A DNA stretch of 64,000 nucleotides from Longimicrobiales bacterium (GCA_965198065.1 CBDAON010000004.1:2805022-2869021); one strand, 5' to 3'. Counted from the stretch's first letter, positions 1-12,900 are shown. The notes: a model not told the origin generated them from the letters alone. Translations and numbers: made by a program.

Positions 1-287
1 CGGGTGTGGTTTCCACTGGACCTAGCGAGGCCGAAAAGGGACAAGGTGTTTGTTGTCACGATAACAAAGAAGAAGATGCGTGCCGGATTCACGGTGGAGA
101 ACTCAGAAACCGTTCTCAGAATTCTAAGGGAGAAAGGCTTGGTTACGCAGCGAACCGCTTAGCAAGCGCCTGAACCGCCGGCTGTTAGAGCGCGTCCGGC
201 AACCTTAGGGGTACGGTCTTTCGAGTGGCCGCACAGATCGCACAGCAGGTTCGCAACCCTTTCGCGATGTGACGGAGGGGGAGGGCT

Positions 288-1640
<1,353 letters not shown>

Positions 1641-1986
1641 GAGTTGCCGTGAACATGATCGCCGAGAGTCGTCGCATGGAGCCGTCAGTCCGGCTGAAGT
1701 CGCGTCCTCGTCGCGGTCTACATCCGAAAAAAGTAGCTCAGCTTCAGGATTAATCCTTGCCTGTGTTTCTCTCTTGGATCCGTCCGGCTACGCCAACCGC
1801 TACCTCTTGCTCATACAGCATTGAGGTACCTGGAATGGCCTCGAAAAAGTGGACACCTAGGTCACGCGGCCTGACGTAGCCGCTCCTCATAGGCGATCGG
1901 ACTCAGATACCCGAGGGTCGAGTGCCGTCGCTCCCGATGGTACCAAACACAGAACCCCCCGAAAGCATCCGGAACGGTACGCCTAA

Positions 1987-2181
1987 ACTGTGCCATAATC
2001 GTGCCGTAACTCTCGGGTACTGAGTGGTAAGGATGGCACAAGGGCAGGGAAGGGACCCCGGGGATCTTGGCTCAACCGTACCATCTAGTACACGTCAGTA
2101 CCACATCGTTACCATGGGGTTTACGGACTTAAAATCCCCCGGGGGCAACCCCTTCTGGGTTCGAATCCCAGCCCCGGCACT
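1987..2181 (+). repeat. att-like repeat copy 1: arm sequence plus 3' half of tRNA-Leu(TAA)
   Basis: Aligns with 8051-8245. 2123-2181 has the GGACTTAAAATCC anticodon arm, a variable arm and the CTGGGTTCGAATCCCAG T-arm, but no 5' half. Confidence 0.85.
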
Positions 2182-2244
2182 TCGATAAGACCTATGTCCG
2201 CCCAACCCCGCTCGCTGGCGGGGTGGGAGTCACGCGGCTAGTGC

Positions 2245-3243
2245 TCAGCGGGGCCCGTTGATCAGCCTGTCGAGCCTGCGTACTTCCGCTTCCGCGCCCA
2301 GCCCCTTGAACCGGACCCGGCTTCGGCGTGCCTCGACCACGGCATCGTCCCGGCGATCGGACTCGAGCAGAAGACGCGCGAGATCGCGCCCGGCCTGCGC
2401 GGCGAGCAGAGGCCGACCCAACTGGTCGGCGCGGGCGATCACTTCCCTGAGCAAAGGCATTGCCTCCTCTCGCTCACCCTGGGCGGCCAGCGCATTCGCG
2501 AGTACGCGGGTACCTTCCGCGATGCCCACAACGTCCTCGAGCTTGCGATGTGCCTCGAGGGCCCGCTCGACTTCCCGCTGGGCAAGAGCGGGGTCCCCTG
2601 CCAGGAGCCGCACCTCCGCCCTCCCCATGCGCGTCTGCGCGGCCAGAGCCAGGTCGCCCGCTGCGCCCGCCTCGGCCACTGCCCGGTCTGCGGTCTCGAG
2701 GGCCTGCACGAGATTGCCCTGCTCGCGATAGGTGATAGTGAGGTTGTGGAGCACCTGCGCGATCCCCACCCTGTAACCGGACTGCTGGAATGCAGCCAGC
2801 GCCATGGTATAAGAGCCCACGGCGCGACCGTACTCCCCCGTCAGGTTGGCGATGATTCCGAGATTGTTGGAGCAGCGCCCCACCGTTGCATGATCCAGCT
2901 GGCGTTCGGCCTCCAGGAGTGAGTGGCGGAAGCACGTGGTCGCTTCCTCGATTCTCCCGGCATCGAGCGCGATCGTACCGGATACATTGAGGGCCCGAGC
3001 CTCGATCGCCCGATCGTGCCGCTTCCGGGACCCACTGAGCGCGGTTGTTACCCAGCGCACCCCGGTGGCATGGGAGCCACTGCGGGCGTGGGCTATGCCA
3101 AAGAGCAGTGCCAGCGTGGGTGACGCCTCAATCTCCTCCGCAGGCATCGCACTCAGATACTCCAGCGCTGCAGCATGCCGCCCCTCTCGAGCCAGTTGCT
3201 GCGCGGTGTTGATCTTAAGGACGATCGCCGCGTTCGCGTCCAT
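2245..3243 (-). CDS. tetratricopeptide repeat protein
   Basis: Repeated TPR helices (ARALNVSG, CSNNLGIIA, VLHNLTITY). Start chosen at MDANAA, just after the upstream gene. Confidence 0.8.
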   Translation of the reverse strand: MDANAAIVLKINTAQQLAREGRHAAALEYLSAMPAEEIEASPTLALLFGIAHARSGSHATGVRWVTTALSGSRKRHDRAIEARALNVSGTIALDAGRIEEATTCFRHSLLEAERQLDHATVGRCSNNLGIIANLTGEYGRAVGSYTMALAAFQQSGYRVGIAQVLHNLTITYREQGNLVQALETADRAVAEAGAAGDLALAAQTRMGRAEVRLLAGDPALAQREVERALEAHRKLEDVVGIAEGTRVLANALAAQGEREEAMPLLREVIARADQLGRPLLAAQAGRDLARLLLESDRRDDAVVEARRSRVRFKGLGAEAEVRRLDRLINGPR

Positions 3244-3257
3244 CGGGACTTCCCGAC

Positions 3258-5423
3258 CTACCAGCGGCCAAAGGAGAACCACGAGATCGCATAACCAGAG
3301 AAGCCGAAGACCGGAGCCTGGAAGACCTGTCCGGCCACATCGTGCACGGCGCTCACCGATGTCCAGAGCGTCTCGGGCGCGTCCTGATGCCATAGGCCGA
3401 GCAACTCCTGCTCAACGTAGGCGTCCGAACCGTCGACCGCGCCGTCCCCGGTGAGGTCGGAATCGGCGCCCGCGTACCACAGCTCGAGCCGGGCCGGGGT
3501 GTTGCGGTCGAAGGTGAGACCGCTGGGAGCAAACCGCACCTGGATCGTCTCCGCATCCACGGTGAGGGTGATCAGCACTGGGTCACCGGGGGCCACCGCC
3601 GTGCCATCGGGAAGCCGGTCCAGTGCTTCCGCGGGCACCGATAGTCTCAGGAACGGCGCTAGCGCTCCCCCCTCCGCATACTCGATGTCCAGGTGGCGGT
3701 CCTCGCCCTTGACGGGAGTGAGTCCCATCTTTAGTTGAAATTGAAGCGGCCTCCAACCTCAGGTAACGTGGGTGTGCGACCACACCACGGGATCACAAGA
3801 GAGGAAGGAGGGCCACCGATGGGAAGGATGCCAAGGCTCGTCGAGCGGGGGCAAGAAGGACCGGCGGCTCGGGGAACCGAGGGAGGTGAGTTGGGAGGAG
3901 ATCGAGGCGCTGGAGCTGGACCCTCGGGTGGAGCTGATCCGGCAGCTGATTCCGCTGGGACTGGCGGAGGTGGGCCGGATGCTCGAGGAGGAAGTGGAGC
4001 AACTGGCGGGGCAACGTCACGCCAGGAAGACCGAGGACGATCGACATTGCCGGCATGGGCATAACCCAGGGTCGGTGCGGTTGGGCGGCCAGCGGCATCC
4101 GGTGCGAGTACCGCGGGTGCGAGGCCCGGCCGGAGAGTCGAGGCTGGCGGCGTATGAGCAGCTGCATGGCTCGCCCGGCGAGATGGACGAGGGGCTGTTT
4201 CGGAAGGTGCTGCTCGGGATCTCGTGCCGGGACTACGAGGCAGCGGTCGAGGCGGTGCCTGGAGCCATCGGGCTGTCGAAGTCGACGGTCTCGCGGGAGT
4301 TCAAGAAGGCCACGGCCGCGAAGCTGAAGGAGTTTCAGGAGCGGGACCTCTCGGGTTACGACGTGGGGTGGCACTCGTCCTGGACGGCAAGAGCTTTGCC
4401 GAGGACGAGATGGTCGTCGCGCTCGGGGTGACGACCAAGGGGGACAAGGTCTTCCTCGGGTTCGTCCAGACCGACACGGAGAACGCCGTGGTGATCCGAT
4501 CCTTCCTTCGGAGTCTGAAGGACCGAGGTCTCGACCTGTCGGCCGGAGCGCTCGTGGTGATCGATGGAGCCCGCGGTCTCCGGAGCGGCGTCCTGGCGGT
4601 CTTCAAGGGACAGGTGCTCATCCAGCGGTGCCAGTGGCACAAGCGGAAGAACGTGATCTCGTATCTGCCGAGAGCGGAGCAGAAGGGCTGGCGCCAGCGT
4701 CTGCAGCGCGCCTACCAGCGGCCCACGTACGAAGAGGCCGTCAAGGACCTCAAGGCCCTGCGCCAGGAGCTCGCGGGGGTGAACCAGTCCGCGGCGGCCA
4801 GTCTCGATGAGGGGTTCGAGGAGACCCTCACCCTCCACCGGTTGGGAGTCTTCCCCCTGGTCGGCCAGTCGCTCAAGACCACCAACGTGCTCGAGTCCGT
4901 GAACGCCCTGGCCGAGCAGAGGTGCGGACGCGTGGACCACTGGAAGAACTCGAGCCAGAAGCACCGATGGCTCGCGACCACGCTCCTGGAGATCTAGTCA
5001 CGGCTCCGGAGGTTGCTCGGGTACCGACACCTCCCGCTCCTCAGGGCCGCGATCCAGAAGGACCTCGGGATCACCCTTCCCGAGAGCCGTTCACATGCTG
5101 TCGCCTGAGACGGAGGCCGCTCCAGTTTCAACTAACTTTGGGATTGACTCCTTGACGGCCCAGAAGCTCACCGTGAAGTCCCCGGCGTCCTCCTCGGCCG
5201 CGCTCCGGAGCGCCCGTGGTCCACCTGCCTCGACCCACTCGCTCGGGTGCGCAACGAAGAGGCGAGCCTGCTCCCTCTTCTCCCAGCGCAGCATGTTAAG
5301 CGCGCGCTCTGGGCCCGCCTGCACTTCCGTTTCGTCCCGCTCCGAAGATGGCCCGGTAGCGTCGGCACAACTGGCGACGGCCGCGGTCGCCGCCAGCACG
5401 AGAACCAGCAGCTGTCTAGACAT
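3258..5423 (-). pseudogene. secreted lipoprotein gene interrupted by IS256
   Basis: 5423-5151 encodes a signal peptide with lipobox-like VASC through ...SFWAVK, and the 3' part continues GEDRHLD... Removing the IS and one TSD copy rejoins the frame. Confidence 0.8.
3716..5150 (+). mobile_element. IS256-family insertion sequence, transposase frameshifted and with a premature stop
   Basis: ~39-bp imperfect terminal IRs (GAGTGAGTCCCATCTTTAGTTGAAA...), 8-bp TSD CTTGACGG at 3708-3715 and 5151-5158, and motifs LDGK, IDGARGL, QRCQWHK, TTNVLES split over ORFs 3772-4431 and 4224-4997. Confidence 0.92.
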
Positions 5424-5534
5424 GGCAGCCTCTCTCGGAGTTCTGCAGCCGTTTCACAGGAACCCGTCAGAGCCGCGCCGCCCCGGCACCGAGATCTCGG
5501 TGCCGGATTCCGCCACTCTGGACCCTCCGAGCGT

Positions 5535-5551
5535 TGCATGGATCATGCCCG
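5535..5551 (-). promoter_or_regulatory. candidate sigma54 -24/-12 promoter for the lipoprotein-TPR genes
   Basis: Minus strand CGGGCATGATCCATGCA has GG-N10-GC spacing and lies next to a sigma54 activator gene, but the match to consensus is imperfect. Confidence 0.35.
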
Positions 5552-5700
5552 ACAGCGCTGGGCCGGAAGCCCAATTCCGCCGGCCTGCTCCGCACGATCC
5601 GCCTGAAAAGAACCTGGATCATTTTGAACCATGCCGACACGATCCGTACCTGTCACGCCGATCGGTCGTGGACACGCCGGTCGGCACCCTGAGGCGTATG

Positions 5701-7020
5701 TCAGGTCGGTCGGGTCCGCAGGTCGAGCAAGCGCCGGAGGCGGCGGCGGGAGATGCCCAGACGCCGGGCTGCCTCGCTGCGGTTGCCGCTGCAGAGCTCG
5801 ATCATCGCGTGGGCTGCCCCGGTGGTGATGTCCTCGAGGGTCGCTGGAAACGGCAGCGGACTGCCTACCTCGGGGTGGGGGGGGGACTGGGGAAGGAGCT
5901 CCAGCAGATTCAGCGTGCCGGCCTCCGATAGGAGCAGGCTCCGCTCGAGCGCGTTCTTGAGTTCCCGCACGTTTCCCGGCCACGCGTGGCGCTTGAGCTC
6001 GCGGCGTACCTCGACCGTCAAGGGAGGAGCCGGGAGGTCGTGCTGGCTCGCGAGGCGTTCCATGAGCGCCAAAGCGATTTGCACGACGTCGTCGCCGCGC
6101 TCGCGCAGAGGCGGCAGCACCAACGTGATCACGCTGAGGCGGTAGAAGAGATCCTGCCGGAATCGGCCCGACCCGGCCGCCTCCTCGAGGTTCTCGTTCG
6201 TGGCCGCCAGGATCCTGACATTCACCTGGTGCGACTTCGTGCCTCCGACCCGGCGAATCTCCTTGTCCTCCAGCACGCGCAGGAGCTTCGCCTGAAGATC
6301 CAGCGGCAGCGCTCCGACCTCATCCAGGAACAAAGTTCCGCCGTCGGCCACCTGGAAGAGCCCGGGCTTTGCTGCATGTGCGTCGGTGAATGCTCCCCGC
6401 TCATGGCCAAAGAGCTCGAATTCGATCAGCTGGGCGGGGAGGGCCGAGCAGTTGATCGGCACGAACGGCGCGCGCCGTCTGGAGCCTCCGAAGTGGATGG
6501 CGCGTGCAAACAGCTCCTTGCCCGTGCCCGTCTCCCCGACGATCAAACCGGTGGCGTCGGCATGAGGCAGGAGTCGCCCCGCCCGGGTGAGCACCGCGCG
6601 GATCGCGGTACTGTCGCCGACGATCTCGGAGAACGCCTCTGGCCGCGGGACGGCCTCGGATGCCTCCCGGCTCCGGGTCGAGCGGTGCCGTTCCACGGCG
6701 GACCACAACGTGTTCCGCAGCACCTCGACGTCGTCCGGGACGGCGAAGTAGTCTGTGGCCCCGTGGCCCACTACGCGCGCGGCGATGCGCCGCCCCGGGT
6801 CCGCTCCGACCACGTACACGGGGACCTCGATCGGCCTGGCCGAGCCTTCCAGCCACTCGGCGGCCTCACGCTCCGCCCCGCCTGCCGAGACCAGCACGGC
6901 GGCGACGTCCGGGGCAACCGCTCCGAGGGGCTCCGGCGGCAGGGCGACCACCTCGGCCTCCAGGTCCCTCGCCAGGACCTGCCAGAAGTCGTGGAACGAT
7001 TCGGACAATTGAACCACCAT
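5701..7020 (-). CDS. sigma54-dependent transcriptional activator (degenerate receiver, AAA+, Fis HTH)
   Basis: GETGTGKE, GAFTDA, LFLDEV, WPGNVREL, GNRSEAARRLGIS. Start uncertain. Confidence 0.9.
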   Translation of the reverse strand: MVVQLSESFHDFWQVLARDLEAEVVALPPEPLGAVAPDVAAVLVSAGGAEREAAEWLEGSARPIEVPVYVVGADPGRRIAARVVGHGATDYFAVPDDVEVLRNTLWSAVERHRSTRSREASEAVPRPEAFSEIVGDSTAIRAVLTRAGRLLPHADATGLIVGETGTGKELFARAIHFGGSRRRAPFVPINCSALPAQLIEFELFGHERGAFTDAHAAKPGLFQVADGGTLFLDEVGALPLDLQAKLLRVLEDKEIRRVGGTKSHQVNVRILAATNENLEEAAGSGRFRQDLFYRLSVITLVLPPLRERGDDVVQIALALMERLASQHDLPAPPLTVEVRRELKRHAWPGNVRELKNALERSLLLSEAGTLNLLELLPQSPPHPEVGSPLPFPATLEDITTGAAHAMIELCSGNRSEAARRLGISRRRLRRLLDLRTRPT

Positions 7021-7291
7021 CACTTTCGGTGGATCCACTCGAATGCTCCCGGTCCGGGCGGGCACCGTCGCAAGTCCCGATGCCTCCATAGGCCACCGCG
7101 CTTGGTACCAATTGAACCATGTACCCCAAAGCGTACCATAGCAACCTCCGTGGATGCCGATCCGTAACCATCTCTCCGACACGCGTTTCGGTCCCCCAGG
7201 TGCGGACGGCCCTCGCCTTGCACCAAAGAATGCGGGAAGCGCTTGGCGAAGGCTGGGTAAGTGAGCCCGCACGAGGCGACGGGAAGCAACG

Positions 7292-8062
7292 ATGAAGGCT
7301 GGAAACGCGGCAACACTCATGGTAGACGAGGGTCACGGACCCCGCACCCCCGACCGTCGGAGGGTCGGGGACGGGTTGGATCGTTTTGATCCAGACGAGC
7401 AGGGCCCGGGCGCGCTACGTGCCATGACCCTCGCGCTGCGGGCGAAGGACGCGTACACGCATGCGCACTCCCGCCGAGTGGGCATTCGCGCTGTCGCCAT
7501 CGCCCGCGAGCTCAACCTCGGCAAAGACCTCCAGCGCGAGATCCGCCTGGCCGGGGAGCTTCACGACATGGGGAAGATCGGAGTGCCCGGCGAGCTGTTG
7601 CGGCGGCCGGGCAAGCTGACGCCGGACGAGCACCGTCGCGTCCTGACCCACACACTCATCGGAGAGCGGATGTTGGCTCCGCTGATGAGCAGCCACCCCG
7701 TCGTGCTGAGCGTCGTGCGCTCGCACCACGAGCGCGTGGACGGCCGGGGGTTCCCCGACGGGCTCGCGGGCGCTGCGATCCCGCTGCCCGCTCGCATCGT
7801 CGCGGTGGCGGATGCGTTCGATGCAATGACGAGCGGGCGCTCCTACCGGCCGGCCGTCTCGCGCGGGGCAGCTCTCACCGAGCTCATGGCCCACGCCGGC
7901 ACGCAGTTCTACAGCACGTGCGTGCGCGCCCTCGCAAGGGCCCTCGCCCGGGAGCGTCGCGTCCGGTCACGTGGGCCGCGCGAGCGCCGCCGTACCGCAG
8001 GGTCGAAGCTCCGTTCCCGCCGAAACACTCTCAGAGCCATTGACCCCTGCACTGTGCCGTAA
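7292..8062 (+). CDS. HD-GYP domain protein
   Basis: KDAYTHAHS, LHDMGKIG, HHERVDGRGFP, VADAFDAM. Start uncertain. Confidence 0.85.
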   Translation: MKAGNAATLMVDEGHGPRTPDRRRVGDGLDRFDPDEQGPGALRAMTLALRAKDAYTHAHSRRVGIRAVAIARELNLGKDLQREIRLAGELHDMGKIGVPGELLRRPGKLTPDEHRRVLTHTLIGERMLAPLMSSHPVVLSVVRSHHERVDGRGFPDGLAGAAIPLPARIVAVADAFDAMTSGRSYRPAVSRGAALTELMAHAGTQFYSTCVRALARALARERRVRSRGPRERRRTAGSKLRSRRNTLRAIDPCTVP

Positions 8063-8245
8063 TTGTGCCGTAACTCTCGGGAACAGGGTGGTAAGGATGG
8101 CACAAGGGCAGGGAAGTGGATCCCGAGATTATGGCTCAACCGTATCATCTAGTACACGTCAGTACCACATTATCACCATGGCGTTTACGGACTTAAAATC
8201 CTCCGGGGGCAACCCCTTCTCGGTTCGAATCCCAGCCCCTGCACT
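8051..8245 (+). repeat. att-like repeat copy 2: arm sequence plus 3' half of tRNA-Leu(TAA)
   Basis: Direct repeat of 1987-2181, with tandem TGTGCCGTAA motifs at its start and the tRNA fragment at 8187-8245. Confidence 0.85.
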
Positions 8246-8462
8246 TCAGTAACCACAACAACTTACGCGATTTGGAGGGGGAGCTGTCTGGGCAACGCCA
8301 CACCTGATAACACGGCAGGTTACGGCTCCGCCGCCCGGCGGGCGCCCCCGTGCCGACTCTCGATAGGAGAATTCCATGAAGAAGCTACTGCTCGTCCCAT
8401 GCGCGTTGATCTTGCTGCCAGCGACACCCAGTGGTCGGATCGGGTGTCCTGGTGCCGGCCAG

Positions 8463-9896
8463 TCAAGCGGCGCAGCACGAAAGCTTCGCGACGTCCTTTT
8501 CGAAGGTCTGCGCGGTCAGTTTGATGCCCTCTCCTAGCGTCAGGTAGGGATGCAGCGTGTCCGTCAGGTCTTCGATGGTGAGACCGAACTTGATTGCGAG
8601 CGTGGGCTCCATGATGTACTCCCCCGCCTCTACGGTGAGGATGTGAGCACCCAGAATCTTCCGGGTCCGCGCGTCGGCGATCAGCTTGATGAAGCCTCGG
8701 GTGTCATGTGAAGCGAGCGACCGCGACACGTGTTCGAGCGGCAGCTTCGATGTGATGACTTCGTGCCCGGCTGCGCTGGCCTGTTCCGCCGTCATACCGA
8801 CGGTGGCGACTGCCGGGACGGTAAACGTCACCTGGGGCACCACCGAACCGCCGACCGACTTGCTGTTCCCCGATAGCGCGTTCTCAGCTGCGAAAGAAGC
8901 ACCTGTGCCGCTACGTATACGTGCATGGGCCCGCCGGTGACATCCCCGGCGGCGTAGATGTTCGGATTGCTTGTCTGCAGAAACTCGTCGACTAGGATCT
9001 CGCCTCCGGCTACTAGCTCGACGCCGGCCTCCTCGAGGCCGATACCACTCGTGTTTGGATTCCGACCGGCAGCCAGGAGGATTGCCTCGGCCGTCACTGA
9101 TTGCTCGTTGCCATCTCTCACGAAGGACACCGTGCGACCAAGCGGGCCGCTCTCCACCCGAACCGGCCGGGCGCCCAGCTCAACACGTAGCCCCTCGGAC
9201 CGCAGATGGATCGCGAGCTCGGCGCCGAGGTCGGCATCCTGATTCGAAAGTAGGGTCGAGCGAGCAAGGACCGTCACCTCGACACCGAGTCGCGACATCG
9301 CCTGCGCGAGTTCGAGACCCACGGAGCCGGCCCCGATCACGACTAGCGACTCCGGGAGGGCGTCTAGCTCCATCAGTGTGGTGCTATCGAGGTATTCGGC
9401 GTCATCCAAACCCGCAATCTCTAGGTGCCTGGTTGACGCGCCGGTGGTAATGATGAGGCGGGGGGTAGTGACCGTCGTGCCGGTCTTCGAGGCGTACGGC
9501 GCCACTCGGCAGGGGGGTCCCTCGTTGATCGAAGAAAGTGATGCTGGGATACCACGGAAGCACATCGATGTACTTCGCCTGCCGAAGGCTCTCGACCAGT
9601 TCATCCTTCTGGGCCCGCACCGCGTTCCAATCAGCCGGCTCTCGCGAGGTCGCGATGCCTTCGAACGGATGAAACTCACGTGTGTGCTGCGCTTCGGCCG
9701 CGCGGATGAGTGCTTTCGACGGGATGCAGCCCACGTTGATGCAGGTTCCACCGATCGTTCCCGCGTTGATGAGCGCTACGCTAGCACCCATCTCGGCAGC
9801 ACGGATGGCCGCTGCGAAGCCGGCGGATCCACCCCCGAGGACGGCAAGATCGAACTGCGTGCTATCCTTGCTCGTGGACGGCGTTGTCATCGTCAT
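8463..9896 (-). pseudogene. merA: mercuric reductase, split over three frames, no N-terminal NmerA domain
   Basis: GGGSAG and GGTCINVGCIPSK at the N-terminus, IYAAGDV in the middle, HPYLT and LSCCAA at the C-terminus. Confidence 0.88.
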
Positions 9897-9963
9897 CGGC
9901 AGCTTGTCCCCCTCCTTTCCCGTCAGCCATAAGCGGGACTAGGGATCCTCCATCTTTGCCTAC

Positions 9964-9995
9964 ATTGTAAACCCTGGACCATGGTACGGGGTCAA
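9964..9995 (-). promoter_or_regulatory. MerR-type promoter/operator upstream of merA
   Basis: Minus strand TTGACC-N20-TACAAT with an imperfect dyad ACCCCGTACCA/TGGTCCAGGGT. A long spacer with a dyad is typical of MerR targets. Confidence 0.7.
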
Positions 9996-10119
9996 GGGCA
10001 ACCTTCCTGACGACGTCGACCGGGGCCCTTCCCACCTCCCGCTCTGGCGGCTCTCAGACGAGGACCACCAGGTGTAGAACTTTCGCTCCCGCCAATGATC
10101 CGGCACTACCTCGGACTCC

Positions 10120-11390
10120 TGACCTGACCCGCTGAAACGAGACCAGGTGCAATGTTAGGATCGACCTGGTCCGAAGCTTTTCAGCGAGGAGGTCAGGATG
10201 GGAAGGAAGCGACACACTCCGGAGCAGATCATCACTGCAGTGCGGGAGGCAGAGGTCGGTCTGGCCGGCGGCAAATCCGTGAAGCTGATCAGGGGGGAGC
10301 TCGGCATCACCGAGCAGACGTACTACCGGTGGAGGCGGGAGTACGGCGGGATGAAGGTGAGCCAGGCACGGCGCCTGAAGGAGCTCGAGCGCGAGAACGG
10401 GCGCCTGAAGCGAGCAGTGGCGGACTTGACACTGGACAAGCTGATCGTGGAGGAAGCGGCCAAGGGAAACTTCTGAGCCCCGAGCGCCGACGACGTTGTG
10501 TGGTGCGTGTACGTCAGCAGCTCGGGGCGTCGGAGAGGAGAGCGTGCCGGGTGCTCGGGCAGCCACGCACGACCCAGCGCGGGGCGAGGAGAGTGGCGAG
10601 TGACGAGGGGGCGCTCCGAGGTGATATCGTGCGACTCGCGAGTCGATTCGGCCGCTACGGCTAGCGACGCGTCACGGACACGCTCCGCATCGAGGGCTGG
10701 GGGGTGAAGCACAAGCGGGTGGAGCGGATCTGGAGGCAGGAGGGGCTGAAGGTCCCGGAGCGGCAGCCGAAGCGAGGTCGGCTGTGGCTCAACGACGGAT
10801 CGTGCATCCGGCTGAGGCCGCTGTATCGGGGCCACGTCTGGTCGTACGACTTCGTGGCCTCGAGGACGCACGACGGGCGTGCGCTGAAGCTGCTGACAGT
10901 GCTGGACGAGCACACGAGGGAGTGCCTGGCGATCGTGGTGGCTCGCAAGATCCGCTCGCACGACGTGCTCGAGGTGCTGGACGATCTGTTCGTCCGACAC
11001 GGGCCCTCCCGAGTATCTGAGGTCGGACAACGGACCGGAGTTCACCGCGAAGCCCGTGCGGCGGTGGTTGGGGCGCGTGGGCGTCGAGACGCTCTTTATC
11101 GAGCCGGGCAGCCCGTGGGAGAACGGCTACAACGAGAGCTTCAACGGCAAGCTCAGGGACGAGCTGTTGAACGGGGAGATCTTCTGCTCGTTGGCGGAGG
11201 CGGCCGTGCTGGTCGAGCAATGGAGGCGCGAGTACGATACCGTCCGACCCCACAGCGCCTGCGACGGCTTTCCCCCGGCCCCTGAGGCGATTAAGCCGTC
11301 GCCCTGGTTCCTGAGGATGCCCGTCCTTCACCGCCCTCCACAGGTGCTGGGACTAACATAGGTTGTGGTACCGCTCTTCGGGGCAGGTCA
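10120..11390 (+). mobile_element. IS3-family element, orfB disrupted
   Basis: Ends TGACCTGACCCG...CGGGGCAGGTCA, orfA at 10198-10476, orfB motifs WSYDF and PGSPWENGYNESFNG, an internal stop and frameshift, and no TSD. Confidence 0.9.
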
Positions 11391-12866
11391 GCTGACGTGT
11401 ACGGACGGCTGACGGGTAGAGCGGGCGTTTGTCTGTCGACCCTCGGTCCGGGCGCTACGAATCTGGTGACCGGCGTAGCAGATGCGAATATGGACCGGGC
11501 GCCTGTCGTGGCCATCGCTGGCCAGGCGGCCACGACGCGAATGCACAAGGAGAGCCATCAGTACCTCGACCTTGTCAGCCTCTTCGCTCCCATATCCAAG
11601 TACAGCACGCAGATCAGCGAGCCGGAGACCATCCCTGAGGTGCTTCGCAAGGCGTTCAAGCAGGCGGTAGCAGAGAAGCCAGGGGTCAGTTTCGTGGCTT
11701 TCCCCGAAAACATCGCCGGCTCCGAGGTGGCAGCTACGGAACCGCTCAGGGTGCAGGCGGCCATGACTCCCGGGGCCCCTGAGGCTAAGATCGAACAGGC
11801 CGCTGAGATCATCTCGATGGCAGAGCACCCGGTCATCATGGCCGGGAACGGCGTCATCCGGTCGGGAGGGGCAAGGCATCTCCAGGCGTTCGCGGAGAGC
11901 CTCCAGATCCCCGTGGCGACCACCTTCATGGCTAAGGGCGCGATACCGTCCTCGCACCCGCTCAGCCTCGGGGCGGTGGGCCTGCAAGCCCACGACTACG
12001 TCAGCTGCGGATTCGACCGCGCAGATGTCATCGTTTGCGTAGGCTACGACATGGCTGAGTACCATCCTTATCTGTGGCATCCTGAGAAACGCGCCCAGAT
12101 CCTACACATATACGAGACGCCGGCCGAGGTCGATAGCCACTACATTCTGGCCGCCGGCGTCATCGGCGACATCGGCGAGTCACTGCGGCGAATCGGTGAG
12201 GTGGCGCGGCCTCAGGGCGAGCCGAGCCTCGGAGAGTTGCGAGATCTACTCCTCCAGGAGCATTCCGAGCACGCGGAAAACCCGGCGTTCCCGATGGTGC
12301 CCCAGCGTATCCTCTGGGACCTCCGGCAGGTGATCGGGCCCGAGGACATCGTCATCAGTGACGTGGGCGCTCACAAGATGTGGACCGCCCGGCTCTACCA
12401 GGCCGAGCGCCCCAACACCTGCATCATCTCGAACGGTCTTGCCTCCATGGGAATCGGCGTGCCAGGGGCCATCGCTGCGAAGCTGGCCCATCCGGAGCGT
12501 ACCGCAGTAACTATCACAGGCGATGCCGGATTCCTGATGAATTGCCAAGAGATCGAAACCGCCCTCCGTATCGGGACCCCCATCATCGTCCTCATCTGGA
12601 ACGACAGTGAGTACGGTCTGATCCGGTGGCATCAGATGCGCCACTTCGGACGCCCCAGCCACGTAGACTTCAAGAATCCCGACTTCGTGATGTTCGCGGA
12701 GAGCTTCGGAGCCAAGGGCTATCGGGTGGAAGCCGCCGACGAGCTGGCGCCGACCCTGAAGCAAGCCATCGCCGACGACACGGTCGTGATCATCGACTGC
12801 CAAGTGGACTACTCGGAGAACATGAAGCTGACGGAGAAGCTGGGGGATCTGGTCTGCCCCATGTAG
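11391..12866 (+). pseudogene. ThDP-dependent enzyme (acetolactate synthase-like, possibly 2-oxoglutarate decarboxylase clade), 5'-truncated by IS3
   Basis: Begins at ADVYGRLTG right after the IS end and lacks the RHEQ region. Contains TLGPGATN, SDVGAHKMW and the GDAGF...WND ThDP motif. Confidence 0.8.
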
Positions 12867-12900
12867 GTGCGAGGGCGCCGGAACTACCGGAGGTACGAGA

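Noticed and set aside
2123..2181. Functional tRNA-Leu genes here and at 8187-8245
   Set aside because: No 5' acceptor strand or D-arm, and the second copy has a T-stem mismatch. Treated as att remnants.
8411..8421. CTTGCTGCCAG matching part of the virD4 att core
   Set aside because: Only 11 bp with no supporting context, so likely chance.
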